DNA from: an uncultured Verrucomicrobiae bacterium
GTDB lineage: Bacteria > Verrucomicrobiota > Verrucomicrobiia > Chthoniobacterales > Terrimicrobiaceae
Assembly: GCA_963706955.1 (NCBI GenBank)
Contig: CAVPOC010000004.1
Span: forward strand, 96,001-160,000
Length of the DNA: 64,000 bases
Direction of reading: 5' to 3'
A program made the position numbers and the translations under genes. This document shows positions 51,809-62,270 of the stretch, one piece after another. Every line of letters begins with the position of its first letter. Positions within the stretch are counted from its first letter, which is position 1. The notes beneath the pieces are model-generated. The model searched no databases. It was given only the letters and a program-made list of their open reading frames with translations, and was not told where the DNA came from.

Positions 51809-53236
51809 ATGTGGACATATATCTTCCTTGCGCTATTCTTTGGCACCCTAATCGCCTTGTTGGTGGTATTGAACACCTTCACAAGGCGCATCAGCGAGCT
51901 CGAGCGTAAACGAGCTGATCTGCAGGTCGAGGAAGACCGCGTCTTTGCTTTTCTTCATGGGTTGGGGGAAGCGTTTTCCGAAGGGGTTAGTTCTAACGAG
52001 CTTCACCGTCTGATTGTTGAGAGTGCGGTTCGCATTCTCAATGCGCACGGCGGGGCCCTTTACTTGATGGACAAAGCGGATCCAATTCTCATCCCCGCTT
52101 TCGTCTCAAAGGGATGTCCCGCGCTCATCGAGGTGCCGGTGCACATTCTCGACCAAGCCTCCGGAAATCATTTGGCGTTGGACAGCTACCTGCGGCTCAG
52201 CTCGGTCCGACGAGGTGATGGCATCGTCGGCAAGGCAGTGGAAAGCGGGCAGTCGAGACTGTATTCCGAAGAGGACCTTGCCTATGCTCTTTCCCCAGGC
52301 GATCTCATGGCGCATTCAGCCATTGTCGGCGCTCTGGCATATCGACGAAAGATCTTGGGCGTGCTCGCCCTGGCCAATGGCCCGATGAGTACGCCATTTT
52401 CGGAAAAGGACCTGACCGTTTTCAAGACGATTGCTGAGCAATCCGCCTTCGCTCTCTACAATGAAGTGATCTACCTCGAAGCCGGAGAAAAAAAACGCCT
52501 CGATCACGATCTGGAAATTGCTCGGGAGATCCAGGCGATTCTGCTTCCCTCGCGTCCGCCCGCCGTGATCGGTTATGAGCTGAGTGGCATCAACGTGCCG
52601 GCGCGTCAGGTGAGTGGCGACTATTACGACTATATTCGAGTGGACGATCGGCGCGTCGGTGTGGCCATTGCTGATGTTTCGGGGAAGGGAGTGCCGGCCG
52701 CATTGATCATGGCCATGTGCCGAAGTGTTATTCGCAGCGAGGCCGTTGGGAAAACATCGGCTGCGGAGGTGCTTAGACGCGTCAACCAGCAGCTCTATCC
52801 TGACATCAAGGAGGACATGTTTATCAGTATGGCCTATCTTATTATCGACTCTTCGACCCCTAATGTCACGCTCGCTCGTGCAGGACACGACGCGCCCCTG
52901 TTTTATCGAGCGGTTAATCAAAATGTTGACAAATTGACTCCCAAGGGCATGGCTCTCGGCATTGACAGTGGCGAAGTCTTCAATAGAGTCACCGCCGACT
53001 TCTCCTTTGAGCTTGCGGTCGACGATTGCCTGCTGCTTTACACCGACGGCGCAACGGAAGCCCTGGATGAAGAGGGAATGGAGTTTGGACTGCCTAGACT
53101 GATGCGTGCACTCCAGTCCAGTGCCGCAAAAGGAGCTACCGGCATCGTCAAGCGCCTGACGGAGGAGGTAAAGAATTTTGCGGGGAATTTTCCCCAGCAT
53201 GACGACATTACACTGATTGCCATTCGTAAAAGATGA
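51809..53236 (+). CDS. Membrane-anchored GAF plus PP2C (SpoIIE/RsbU-like) phosphatase
   Basis: N-terminal TM, GAF domain, AREIQ, VSGDYYD, IADVSGKG, YTDG, DDITL. Confidence 0.9.
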   Translation: MWTYIFLALFFGTLIALLVVLNTFTRRISELERKRADLQVEEDRVFAFLHGLGEAFSEGVSSNELHRLIVESAVRILNAHGGALYLMDKADPILIPAFVSKGCPALIEVPVHILDQASGNHLALDSYLRLSSVRRGDGIVGKAVESGQSRLYSEEDLAYALSPGDLMAHSAIVGALAYRRKILGVLALANGPMSTPFSEKDLTVFKTIAEQSAFALYNEVIYLEAGEKKRLDHDLEIAREIQAILLPSRPPAVIGYELSGINVPARQVSGDYYDYIRVDDRRVGVAIADVSGKGVPAALIMAMCRSVIRSEAVGKTSAAEVLRRVNQQLYPDIKEDMFISMAYLIIDSSTPNVTLARAGHDAPLFYRAVNQNVDKLTPKGMALGIDSGEVFNRVTADFSFELAVDDCLLLYTDGATEALDEEGMEFGLPRLMRALQSSAAKGATGIVKRLTEEVKNFAGNFPQHDDITLIAIRKR

Positions 53237-53784
53237 ATAGCACACCGGAAATCGAGCCAGAAGATCAGACCACAACAGGCCCATTGCCGCAAGGCGATGC
53301 CGCCATTCAGGAGGAGCAGGTCCCGTCCGCGGAAAGCCCCGCCAGCGAAGTGGAGAAGTACAAGGATGCCGCTCTTCGTGCCCGAGCAGACTTGGACAAC
53401 TATCGCAAGCGGGTCGCCCGCGAGAAAGAGGATGCCATCCGCTACGCTAATAACTCATTGCTGGAGAGCCTCGTGCCCATTTTGGACAATTTCGAGCTTG
53501 GGTTGGAGGCAGCTAAAAACACGCCCGATGCGACAGGAATAGTCCAAGGACTGCAAATGGTGCGCAAGCAACTGGAGGACTTCCTTCGCGATCACGGCGT
53601 TGAGATTGTTAATGCGGAGGGAAATCCCTTTGATCACAACCTTCATGACGCTGTTGCTCACGAGCCGAGTGCCGATGTCGCTGAGGGAACAGTGATCCGT
53701 CAGCTCCGCAAGGGCTTCAAACTGAAAGATCGCTTGATTCGCCCCGCTAGCGTGATCGTCTCAAAAGGGCCGGCGACCTCATGA
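53233..53784 (+). CDS. grpE: Nucleotide exchange factor GrpE
   Basis: [39 protein letters not shown]. Confidence 0.95.
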   Translation: MNSTPEIEPEDQTTTGPLPQGDAAIQEEQVPSAESPASEVEKYKDAALRARADLDNYRKRVAREKEDAIRYANNSLLESLVPILDNFELGLEAAKNTPDATGIVQGLQMVRKQLEDFLRDHGVEIVNAEGNPFDHNLHDAVAHEPSADVAEGTVIRQLRKGFKLKDRLIRPASVIVSKGPATS

Positions 53785-54917
53785 CTGGAAAACGCGACTA
53801 CTATGAGGTGCTCGGCGTCGGCCGTGATGCCAGTGATGAGGATATAAAACGAGCCTACCGCAAACTGGCTGTAAAGCTTCATCCCGATAAAAACCCGGAC
53901 GATCATGCTGCTGAAGAGCGATTTAAGGAATTAGGGGAGGCATACGAAGCGCTCAGCGATCCGCAGAAACGTGCAGCCTACGACCGCTACGGCCACGCCG
54001 CCTTTCAGCAAGGCGGTTTTGGAGCTGGAGGTGGATTCCATGATCCTTTCGACCTGTTTCGAGAGGTCTTCGGAGCTGCAGGCGGGGGCGGAGGAATTTT
54101 CGAACACTTCTTCGGCGGGACCCAGACCGATGGATCAGGGCGCCAGCGGGGAGCGGATTTGCGTTACGACATGCAAATCACGCTCGAGGAAGCCGCCAGC
54201 GGCTGCGAAAAAGAGATTGAAATCCGCAAGCTCGACATGTGCGATGTCTGCGAAGGCTCTGGGGCGCAAAAAGGCTCGCAGGCTGTTACGTGTTCGGTTT
54301 GTCGCGGGCGTGGTCAGGTGGTCGCCTCGCGCGGGTTCTTCCAAGTCGCGCAAACCTGCCCAAACTGCCAGGGAACTGGTCGAGTCATCGAAAAGCCGTG
54401 TCGCAAGTGCCATGGCGATGGACGGGTGGAGCGAACCTCCCGAGTGAAGCTCAAAATTCCCGCGGGTATCGACGAGGGCGCGCGGTTGCGCAGTGCGGGC
54501 GGCGGCGAGGCAGGGCTTCGCAACGGATCTCCCGGTGACCTATATGTGGTCATCCATATCAAAGAGCACCAAATCTTTCAACGCGATGGCATGGACCTCC
54601 ACTGCGAAATGCCGATCCCCTTCGCAATCGCAGCGTTGGGTGGGGAAGTGAGAGTGCCGACTTTAGGCGGTGCCGTGAATCTGAAGATTCCTGCCGGAAC
54701 GCAGAGCGACAGTGTTTTCAGGGTTCGCGGCCAGGGATTGCCGTCTTTGCAGGGCTCAAGTCGCGGAGATATTCTCGCTCGGGTTCAGGTGGAGGTGCCG
54801 ACACACTTGAACTCTGAACAGCGCAAGGCTTTGGAACACTTCGCTCAGCTATGTGGGGAAGACAACACCCCCCTCCACAAGAGCTTTACCGATCGGCTCA
54901 GAGATTTTTTTGCCTAA
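53781..54917 (+). CDS. dnaJ: Chaperone DnaJ
   Basis: J domain with HPD, G/F-rich linker, four CxxCxGxG repeats. Confidence 0.96.
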   Translation: MTGKRDYYEVLGVGRDASDEDIKRAYRKLAVKLHPDKNPDDHAAEERFKELGEAYEALSDPQKRAAYDRYGHAAFQQGGFGAGGGFHDPFDLFREVFGAAGGGGGIFEHFFGGTQTDGSGRQRGADLRYDMQITLEEAASGCEKEIEIRKLDMCDVCEGSGAQKGSQAVTCSVCRGRGQVVASRGFFQVAQTCPNCQGTGRVIEKPCRKCHGDGRVERTSRVKLKIPAGIDEGARLRSAGGGEAGLRNGSPGDLYVVIHIKEHQIFQRDGMDLHCEMPIPFAIAALGGEVRVPTLGGAVNLKIPAGTQSDSVFRVRGQGLPSLQGSSRGDILARVQVEVPTHLNSEQRKALEHFAQLCGEDNTPLHKSFTDRLRDFFA

Positions 54918-55020
54918 ACAGCTTAAAATTAAGATGGGAGGGTCACGTGATCAGCATCTTGCGTGACATACTGCCGCGTGAAATCCGCATCCGGCGACGC
55001 CTGAGCGAAATGAAGCAGCC

Positions 55021-56492
55021 ATGTTAATCACATGTGAGGAAATGCGCCGCGCGGAGAAAGCGGCGTTTGCTCGCGGAGTCCAAGCTGAAGACCTGATGGA
55101 GGAGGCGGGTCGCGGCGTAGCTGAAATCGTCCGCCAATTTCACAACGTCCCCGGGATATGCATCGTCTTCTGTGGGAAAGGTCACAATGCTGGCGACGCA
55201 CTGGTGGCGGGACGCTACCTCGCGTCGTGGGGTTGGTTGATCGACGTTCGTTTTGCGTTCTCCGCAGCCATGCTGGCTCCCCTGACGGCTAGAAAGTTGG
55301 ATCAACTGGCTGAAACAGGGCGTGATCTTCCGGCAGGTAATTCGACGGTAGTCCTTGACGGACTCCTCGGCATCGGTGCCAAAGGAGAGCCGCGTGGAGA
55401 AATCGCGCTGGCTATTCAGTCGATAAACCGGCTGAGGCGGGAACAGGGGGCTTGGGTCCTCGCCATTGACATCCCGAGCGGACTCGATGAAGCCACTGGC
55501 GCTCCAGCTTCAGTTTGTGTCACGGCTGACTTGACCGCAGCGATCGCTGTCGCGAAAGATTGCCTCGTCGCAGACGCCGCCACTGACGTCGTCGGACGCC
55601 TGGCGGTGATTGAATTGAAGGAACTCCCGCAGCCCGAGTCTGCCCGATGGCATCTTTCCACCTCGAAGTCCATTCAGGCTTGGCTGCCTCCGCGCTCGTT
55701 CGATCTGCATAAGGGGGACTGCGGCAGGGTGGGCATTATCGCCGGGTCACGTGGCTTCACAGGTGCGGCTCGTCTTTGTAGCGCAGCGGCACTTCGCGCG
55801 GGAGCCGGACTGATTACTCTGCTTGTCGAAATCTGACTGCTCGGACATGTTGGCGACCTCTGCCGTTCCAGAGGTAATGGTGAAAACCGTTATGAGCTAT
55901 CGGGAGATCCTTGACCTCCGGTTTGATTCCCTGGCAATTGGACCAGGATTAGGCTCCGGCTTCGCGGCAGAGATCTTGTCTATTATCGAGCATGCGGAAC
56001 AACCGCGTAGTCGTTGACGCTGACGCCATAAACGTGCTCTCACAAGACGTTGGGCTCCTTAAGCGTTGCGCGGGACCGCGCCTGCTCACACCACACCCGG
56101 GAGAGATGGAGCGGCTTTTCCCACGGGAGGGTCGCGAACGCCGTCAATGGCTGGACGATTTCCTCTCAGAATACCCGATCACCTTGCTTCTGAAAGGCGC
56201 GCGAACACTGATTGGCGAGGCAGAGGATGCCAGATTTATTAACAGCACTGGAAACCCCGGCATGGCCAGCGGAGGGATGGGGGATGTGCTCACCGGAGTT
56301 TGCGCCGCACTGTGCGCTCAAGTGATCAGCAGGAACCTTCTCCAATCTGCCGTTGTCGGAGCGTGGGTTTGCGGTCGGGCCGCTGAATGCGCCGTCTTCA
56401 GTGGTCGAGACTCGCCCGAGTCCCTTTGTGCCACCGCGGTGCTCGACAACCTCGGGTCGGCGTTTCGAAGCTTGCGCGCTGGGGAATTTTAG
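55021..56492 (+). CDS. nnr: Bifunctional NAD(P)HX epimerase/dehydratase (two frameshifts)
   Basis: LMEEAG, GKGHNAGD, DIPSG, HKGDCG, IGPGLG, VDADA, TPHPGE, GNPGMASGGMGDVL. Confidence 0.9.
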
Positions 56493-56558
56493 TCACCTTG
56501 AAAGAAGGGGCGTCCATTCGGACGTGCAAGAACCGGACTCCTGAACGATAATATCGAC

Positions 56559-56756
56559 ATGGAAACGTCAAAACAATCGACCGGCCCAGAAAAGTCCAAA
56601 AAAGACGAGTCGAAGGACGTCGAGCAGCCTGTCAAAAGCGTAACGGACCCAGCGCGATCAGCCGATCCTAAGGATCAGTCTCCGGATACATCCCCCGACG
56701 AAGAACCAGGAACCTTCGACAGGGTGTATGAGCACGGCAGACAGATGGGCTTTTAG
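56559..56756 (+). CDS. Small hydrophilic hypothetical protein
   Basis: 65-aa ATG ORF between nnr and a convergent gene; disordered composition. Confidence 0.45.
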   Translation: METSKQSTGPEKSKKDESKDVEQPVKSVTDPARSADPKDQSPDTSPDEEPGTFDRVYEHGRQMGF

Positions 56757-57847
56757 GTGTCGCCCTGATTCTCCGCATTCTTCTTGCCGCGCGTTAGGCT
56801 CGGTAAGCGGCGGCGCTTGAAGGCGTCCCATCCGGGAAGAAGCTTGTGAAAGAGCTTCTTGGCCTCGCTAATCGGAATATCCTCCACGAAGTAAGCGATC
56901 GCGGTCCGGCCGACAGCGTAAGTGCCCGCTCCGGCGACCATCCCGGAAACTGCATTCCCCCATATCGGAACGATCTTGATAATGGCGCGCGCCCCTTCCC
57001 GAAAGAGAATGCCGACGCCGATGTTCAGGCCGAGAGCACCAACAAACTCGCCGAAGGTCCGCGCAGTGACCGGCTTTCCCGTCGTATAGATGATCAGCCC
57101 GATCATCAGAGTCTGCAGCGTCGTAAGAATCGGCATGTCGGCCAGGGGAATCGGTTGCAAACCGATGACGCCACAGACCGCCGTAAAGGATTTCAAGAGC
57201 GAACTTGCAATCTGAGCCTGCGCTTCCTTAGCTCCCGAAAGTCGCGCAAATTCCAGTCTGGCCACATGCGGCAGTGCCGCACAAATTGCGTCCGGGACTG
57301 AATCGCCCTCTTCCGGTGCGTAGACAGTTGTTCGGTGAGTGGAAAACTCTCGTTTTCCGCCCAAGAGGGCCGCAAGGCGTGCCCGGGAGTTGCCTCCTCC
57401 GAAAGCTATGCCCATGAGTGGCGTCTCTTTGGGGCACGCCGACAAACGTGCTGCGGCCAAGCCCAAGGCGGTCTGATTGTCTTCCGCATCCCTCAACAGC
57501 AAGGCGACGTCGGGCACGAATCGCAGTAGCGCCGCATCAAAGGCCCCCTGGGGAGCATCCTGTCGCGCGTCGAGCACGAGAATCTCGCCGCGTTCTGGCA
57601 CCCGGTAAGTCCGCCATCCGTTGTCGCTCTCGCCCGTTTCGACACTAATATCAGCGATGGAATGCAAGAACTCGGGAACGCTTTTTCCAGCAGTCCCCAA
57701 AAGCAGGATCCTCGCTGGACGTTGCTCGAGGAAAAGCTCGCGTATCGGGACGAGCTCGCGAAGGATCGGCTTCTGCAACCCGCCCGGGAGTTTCTCGACG
57801 AGCTTGGTCAGCCGATCATAGAGACTCAGTAGAGTTTCACGGTTCAA
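56753..57847 (-). CDS. DUF697/YcjF-like protein with degenerate N-terminal GTPase-like domain
   Basis: C-terminal IGLQPIPLADMPILT.LQ..MI and GNAVSGMVAGAGTYAVG. Confidence 0.7.
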   Translation of the reverse strand: MNRETLLSLYDRLTKLVEKLPGGLQKPILRELVPIRELFLEQRPARILLLGTAGKSVPEFLHSIADISVETGESDNGWRTYRVPERGEILVLDARQDAPQGAFDAALLRFVPDVALLLRDAEDNQTALGLAAARLSACPKETPLMGIAFGGGNSRARLAALLGGKREFSTHRTTVYAPEEGDSVPDAICAALPHVARLEFARLSGAKEAQAQIASSLLKSFTAVCGVIGLQPIPLADMPILTTLQTLMIGLIIYTTGKPVTARTFGEFVGALGLNIGVGILFREGARAIIKIVPIWGNAVSGMVAGAGTYAVGRTAIAYFVEDIPISEAKKLFHKLLPGWDAFKRRRLPSLTRGKKNAENQGDT

Positions 57848-58328
57848 AGTTGCGGAGGCTTTGGATGACCGTCTCGGCGTGTTCTTCGGGCTTCACGCTC
57901 CGAAAAATTGATTTGATGCGTCCGTCTGGTCGAATCACGAAGGTGCTGCGTTCGGTCCCCATGTAGGTCCGGCCCTCCTTATTCTTCTCCACCCAAACGC
58001 CGTAGTTCTGGACGATGCGTTGTGCTTCATCGCTGATCAGCGGAAATGGCAAGTTGTGCTTGGCGATGAATTTGGAGTGACTCTCCGGTGAGTCGACGCT
58101 GATGCCGAAGACAGTAGCGCCAGCTTCGAGAAAAGGCTCATATCTGTCCCGCACTCCGCAAGCTTGAGCGGTGCAGCCGGGGGTATCATCCTTAGGATAA
58201 AAATAAAGGACGACGGTTTTACCTTTAAAATCCGAAAGGCTGACCGACTGGCCATTGTGGTAGGGACCTCCCACCGCAACTGCTGAGAAATCTGGTGCCA
58301 GGTCTCCGGGAGCAAGTGGTTGCGACAT
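57837..58328 (-). CDS. bcp: Thioredoxin-dependent peroxiredoxin Bcp
   Basis: VLYFYPKDDTPGCTAQAC, ERSTFVI. Confidence 0.93.
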   Translation of the reverse strand: MSQPLAPGDLAPDFSAVAVGGPYHNGQSVSLSDFKGKTVVLYFYPKDDTPGCTAQACGVRDRYEPFLEAGATVFGISVDSPESHSKFIAKHNLPFPLISDEAQRIVQNYGVWVEKNKEGRTYMGTERSTFVIRPDGRIKSIFRSVKPEEHAETVIQSLRNFEP

Positions 58329-58413
58329 GTGCAGACAATTTACCGCGGGTTGGCCATTTGCAAGTCTGCAGAGACCCTGGTAGAGCAGCGTTGAACCTGC
58401 AACGATTCGTGCT

Positions 58414-59643
58414 TTGCTTCGCAGAAGCTTGAAGACGCTACGCGCACGGATCGTATTGCCCCTTGGCAGCCCGCCGATTGAGGACGGTTACGTCCATCTC
58501 AATGGGGGCCGGATCGTTGCGGTGGGCCGGTCGCGCGATCTCGCCTCTAGGACATTCGAAGACCTTGGTGATCAAATCCTCATGCCTGGTCTCATCAACG
58601 CGCACTGTCATCTCGACTTCACAGTCATGCGAGGTGCCATTCTCCAGCAGGAAAGCTTTTCACATTGGGTTCGGCGGATAAACGATCTCAAGCGCACCCT
58701 CACTGATGAAGACTATCTGCTATCTATCTCCAACGGCTTTGCCGAGCTGCGCCGCTGGGGAACAACCACGGTCTTTAATATCGAATCGTTTCCCGAGCTC
58801 ATGGTGCAGGTGCCGCCTCCGCCGATTCGCGCCTGGTGGTTTTATGAACTTATCGACGTCCGAAATCGCATCCACACCGAGGACGTCGTGGCGGGAGCAT
58901 TGACGTTCTTCGAAAAGCACCCCAACTGGCTCGGTGGATTCGGACTCTCGCCCCATGCGCCTTACACGACCTCGAATGCACTTTATAAGTTGGCGAAATT
59001 TTGTTGCGAGAAATACGCGATGCCATGGACGACGCATCTTGCCGAGACGGACGAAGAATTCGAAATGTTCGTGAGCGCGTCCGGCCCGTTACACGACTTT
59101 CTTAAAGGTTTGGGGCGCGGCATGCACGACGTTGGCGGTATAACCCCTGTGGCCCGGCTCTTCCTCGACCGTCTTGTTCCCAGAGGGGGAATCTTGGCGC
59201 ACATGAATTTCCTGTCGGACCAGGACTATGAGCTCCTCGCCTCTCAAGCTAAGACCATCACCGTCGTCCACTGTCCAAAATGCCATGAGTATTTTGGACG
59301 ACCGCCCTTTGAGCTCGACCGCTTTCGCTCGATCGGCGTCCCCGTTTGTCTAGGCACCGACAGTCTTGCCAGCAATACATCGCTAAGTCTTTTCGAGGAA
59401 ATGCGTCACGTCCTCCGTAACTTTCCCCATCTCTCTGCAGAAGAGATCATCGATATGACCACACGTCGCCCAGCAAAAGCGATCGGCATGTCGGGCGAAC
59501 TGGGCGAGATCGCCCCAGGTGCTCACGCTGACTTGATCGCTATTCCTTACGCGGGAAAGATCGGCGACGCCTTCGATGCTTTAATCGAGTATTCGGCCCC
59601 GGTCAGTTGGATGATGGTGGGGGGTCGACCTCAGAGGATATGA
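58414..59643 (+). CDS. Metal-dependent amidohydrolase (MTA/SAH or aminofutalosine deaminase-like)
   Basis: PGLINAHCHLD, SPHAPYT, HLAET, HCP, LGTDSLAS. Confidence 0.82.
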   Translation: MLRRSLKTLRARIVLPLGSPPIEDGYVHLNGGRIVAVGRSRDLASRTFEDLGDQILMPGLINAHCHLDFTVMRGAILQQESFSHWVRRINDLKRTLTDEDYLLSISNGFAELRRWGTTTVFNIESFPELMVQVPPPPIRAWWFYELIDVRNRIHTEDVVAGALTFFEKHPNWLGGFGLSPHAPYTTSNALYKLAKFCCEKYAMPWTTHLAETDEEFEMFVSASGPLHDFLKGLGRGMHDVGGITPVARLFLDRLVPRGGILAHMNFLSDQDYELLASQAKTITVVHCPKCHEYFGRPPFELDRFRSIGVPVCLGTDSLASNTSLSLFEEMRHVLRNFPHLSAEEIIDMTTRRPAKAIGMSGELGEIAPGAHADLIAIPYAGKIGDAFDALIEYSAPVSWMMVGGRPQRI

Positions 59644-61880
59644 TCGCCCAGATACTGGCGCAGCCGCAAAGCGGCAGCTTGGTTCGAAGCAGCCAGCAGC
59701 TCCTTGCCTGCCATTTCGAATCGGTCTGCAAGTCCAAGAAGGCGCACGGACTCCTCGATAGGAACATCGTTGGCCAAAATCCACAAGCGCAGGCGAGCAA
59801 TCCACTCATGTATGTCGTCCAAGGCTGCTTCGAGTCGCGCCCGCGTTGGAATCAAAGTTTCACGCAGATGGAACATGTCGGCCTGGGACGACAACTCTGC
59901 ACCCATGACTTCCCGAAGCGAAAGCAAGGCCTGGCGGCCGTCTTCGGCCTGAGGCGGGGGCAGCAGCGGGAGCAATTGTCCCGCCGATGTCAAGAGATGG
60001 CCCGCCGCGCGCCGGAGCGTCCTCAGATACTCGCGCAGCCGTGGAGGTTCGTCTTCCGGGCAATCCGGTTTGTTCATCACGGCGACCCATTTCATCGCTT
60101 CACCCGGGATGAGGGCGAGTCGTTGATGAAGCCAAAGTGGTCGCTTATCCGGGGGAACTTCCAATAGCAAACCGCAGAGCCGAAGCAATTCCAAAATGCG
60201 ATCACGAATCTCCCACTGCGGGAGCACCGGCCAGAAAAGCCGCTGAATTAAGGCGGACAAAATAAGACCCATTACGATTCCAAAATAGACACCAACGATG
60301 GATTCAAACGTAACTGGCCTTTGCGCATTAAGGCCCATTACGCCGACGATCGCCAAGAGGGCGATTTGCATTCCGAAGCTAACTCCCGGTATTGGTTGGC
60401 TGAGATAACCGAACAGGAACATGGCGACGAAGAGCAGAAGGTTAAAAACCAGATAGTCCGAAAGCGCCGGCGTGAGGACCAGGAGAGCAAGAACGTAGAG
60501 GATGCCGCCGAGCGCCGTATATACGACACAATGGAAAGCGCGACGATCTCCTTGTCCTCCGACATATAAGCGAGAAAGCGCTGTAGAAACCCAAGTCGCC
60601 AGCACAAGCATCGAAGCGCCGGGAGGATGAAGCCAGTTTTGGATGAAAAGGGCTATGGTTACCGCGATGGACGCCTTTATTCCATTGCGAATCCAAAAAG
60701 GATCAAGGGGAGGGGAGGGTGCAGGCCTGGTCTCGCGAGAGGGCAGGAGAGGATTCGCTGGAAGCGAGTCGAGGAGGACGGCGAGCTTGCTCAACTGCTC
60801 GACGATTTCGTCAAGCGAGAGGGCATGGGCGGAAAAATGAAGCACCTGCTCGACCGGAATCGACTGGGGAATATTCGTCTGCCGGAGCGCGTGTAGCTTC
60901 TCTCGCCACTGAGCGGAGCTCTCTTTCATCGCGGTGATTGCTGCAGCGCGACGACTGGAGTCCGCTGCTGCCTCGGCGAAAACGCCGATACAATCGGCAA
61001 TGGCAGCATGCGCTTTCTCGAGCTCCGCTCGAAGATGAAGCCGCAAGGGAGCTTCTTTCGGAAGAGACTGCACGATCATGTCAACCGCCGAGGCCATTCG
61101 GCTAAGGCACGAGATGATTTCGGTATAGGTCGGAAGTCTCGTCCGAAAGTATTTGCTCTCCAACGAGCCGAAGTGCAGCAAGTTTTGCAACTGCGCTATC
61201 GCCTCGGAAAAACTGCGCTCGTCAACGCTGGTGGCTGCAGGCGACTGTTCAAAAAGAAGAGCAGAGCGCGCCACGAGACCTTTGCGCAGCTCCTCGAGTG
61301 CCAAACGCATCTTTTCCAAAAATTCGATGCGTGCGTACCTTGGCCAGAGGAGACTTGTCACCAGGACCGCGGAGATCACGCCGACGCAAACTTCAACAAT
61401 TCGCCAAAGCGCTGGCTGCCAGGAAAAGGCAGGGTCGTTCATCCCGTTGCTGGCTACGACCATGGTTGTCAGCGCGCAGAGGAAGAATGCGTACGGGTAT
61501 TTGGTATAACCGAACATGGCGGTTCCGAAACCGACCACAGAACCCACCAGCAACAGGTAGAGGATCGGCTGCTGCTCAAGCCCTGCCGTGAGCAAGTATC
61601 CGATGACTCCTCCGGCAACGGTGCCGACAATACGCATGACAGATTTTTCTGCGACCGCCCCTACGAACTGCGCAAGCATCACGACGAACACCGTGGTGAG
61701 AGCCCAGGCGGGCTCTGGCAACCTGATGACCAACGCCAGGAAAACCGAAAGCATCCCCGCAATCCCAAACTTGATCCCGTGCCGAACGGCCAGGTTCCCA
61801 AAGATTTCTTTGGCTCCTTCTCTCCACCGGCCCTGTCCAGCTGCCGCGCTCCTCTCGGAAATGCTTAGTGTCGCCGCCAT
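59631..61880 (-). CDS. FUSC/AaeB-like aromatic acid exporter inner-membrane protein
   Basis: PAWALTTV, KSVMRIVGT, WRIVEVCVG, LLWP; duplicated TM blocks. Confidence 0.82.
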   Translation of the reverse strand: MAATLSISERSAAAGQGRWREGAKEIFGNLAVRHGIKFGIAGMLSVFLALVIRLPEPAWALTTVFVVMLAQFVGAVAEKSVMRIVGTVAGGVIGYLLTAGLEQQPILYLLLVGSVVGFGTAMFGYTKYPYAFFLCALTTMVVASNGMNDPAFSWQPALWRIVEVCVGVISAVLVTSLLWPRYARIEFLEKMRLALEELRKGLVARSALLFEQSPAATSVDERSFSEAIAQLQNLLHFGSLESKYFRTRLPTYTEIISCLSRMASAVDMIVQSLPKEAPLRLHLRAELEKAHAAIADCIGVFAEAAADSSRRAAAITAMKESSAQWREKLHALRQTNIPQSIPVEQVLHFSAHALSLDEIVEQLSKLAVLLDSLPANPLLPSRETRPAPSPPLDPFWIRNGIKASIAVTIALFIQNWLHPPGASMLVLATWVSTALSRLYVGGQGDRRAFHCVVYTALGGILYVLALLVLTPALSDYLVFNLLLFVAMFLFGYLSQPIPGVSFGMQIALLAIVGVMGLNAQRPVTFESIVGVYFGIVMGLILSALIQRLFWPVLPQWEIRDRILELLRLCGLLLEVPPDKRPLWLHQRLALIPGEAMKWVAVMNKPDCPEDEPPRLREYLRTLRRAAGHLLTSAGQLLPLLPPPQAEDGRQALLSLREVMGAELSSQADMFHLRETLIPTRARLEAALDDIHEWIARLRLWILANDVPIEESVRLLGLADRFEMAGKELLAASNQAAALRLRQYLGDHIL

Positions 61881-62048
61881 CAAAACCGAAGTTCACCTTG
61901 CCGAGGCTTCAGTTTCAAGCTGTGCGACAAAGAAATTGTTCCGACATTGCATCGAGCGATTTGCAAGCAGTCTGTTCGGAAATTCCGACCCGCGGATAAT
62001 CGGCCGCGCTTGCTTCGAGGCCAAAGAAATGGAAAAACCATCCTTGGA

Positions 62049-62270
62049 ATGGACTTCTTCACTCTCCTGCGAACTCCTGAACTGAGGTTCGGCGATTTTC
62101 TGCTGCCGTGGGGAGTTGTGATCGGAATTCTGGGATTTCTCTCAGCCTGGCTGATCGTAAGCGTTATGGAGCGACTGGGTTGGACCCGAGCTGTCTGGCA
62201 TCTTCCTCTCTTCTTCGTCGCGCTGGCGGTCTTCCTTGGGTGCATCATCGGTCTCATCTTTGCGCCATGA
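62049..62270 (+). CDS. DUF1656/AaeX-like small membrane protein
   Basis: PELRFGDFLLP...RAVWHLPLFFVAL. Confidence 0.8.
   Translation: MDFFTLLRTPELRFGDFLLPWGVVIGILGFLSAWLIVSVMERLGWTRAVWHLPLFFVALAVFLGCIIGLIFAP

Noticed and set aside
51200..53233. CIRCE element before grpE-dnaJ
   Set aside because: No TTAGCACTC-N9-GAGTGCTAA was seen upstream of the STAS gene or of grpE
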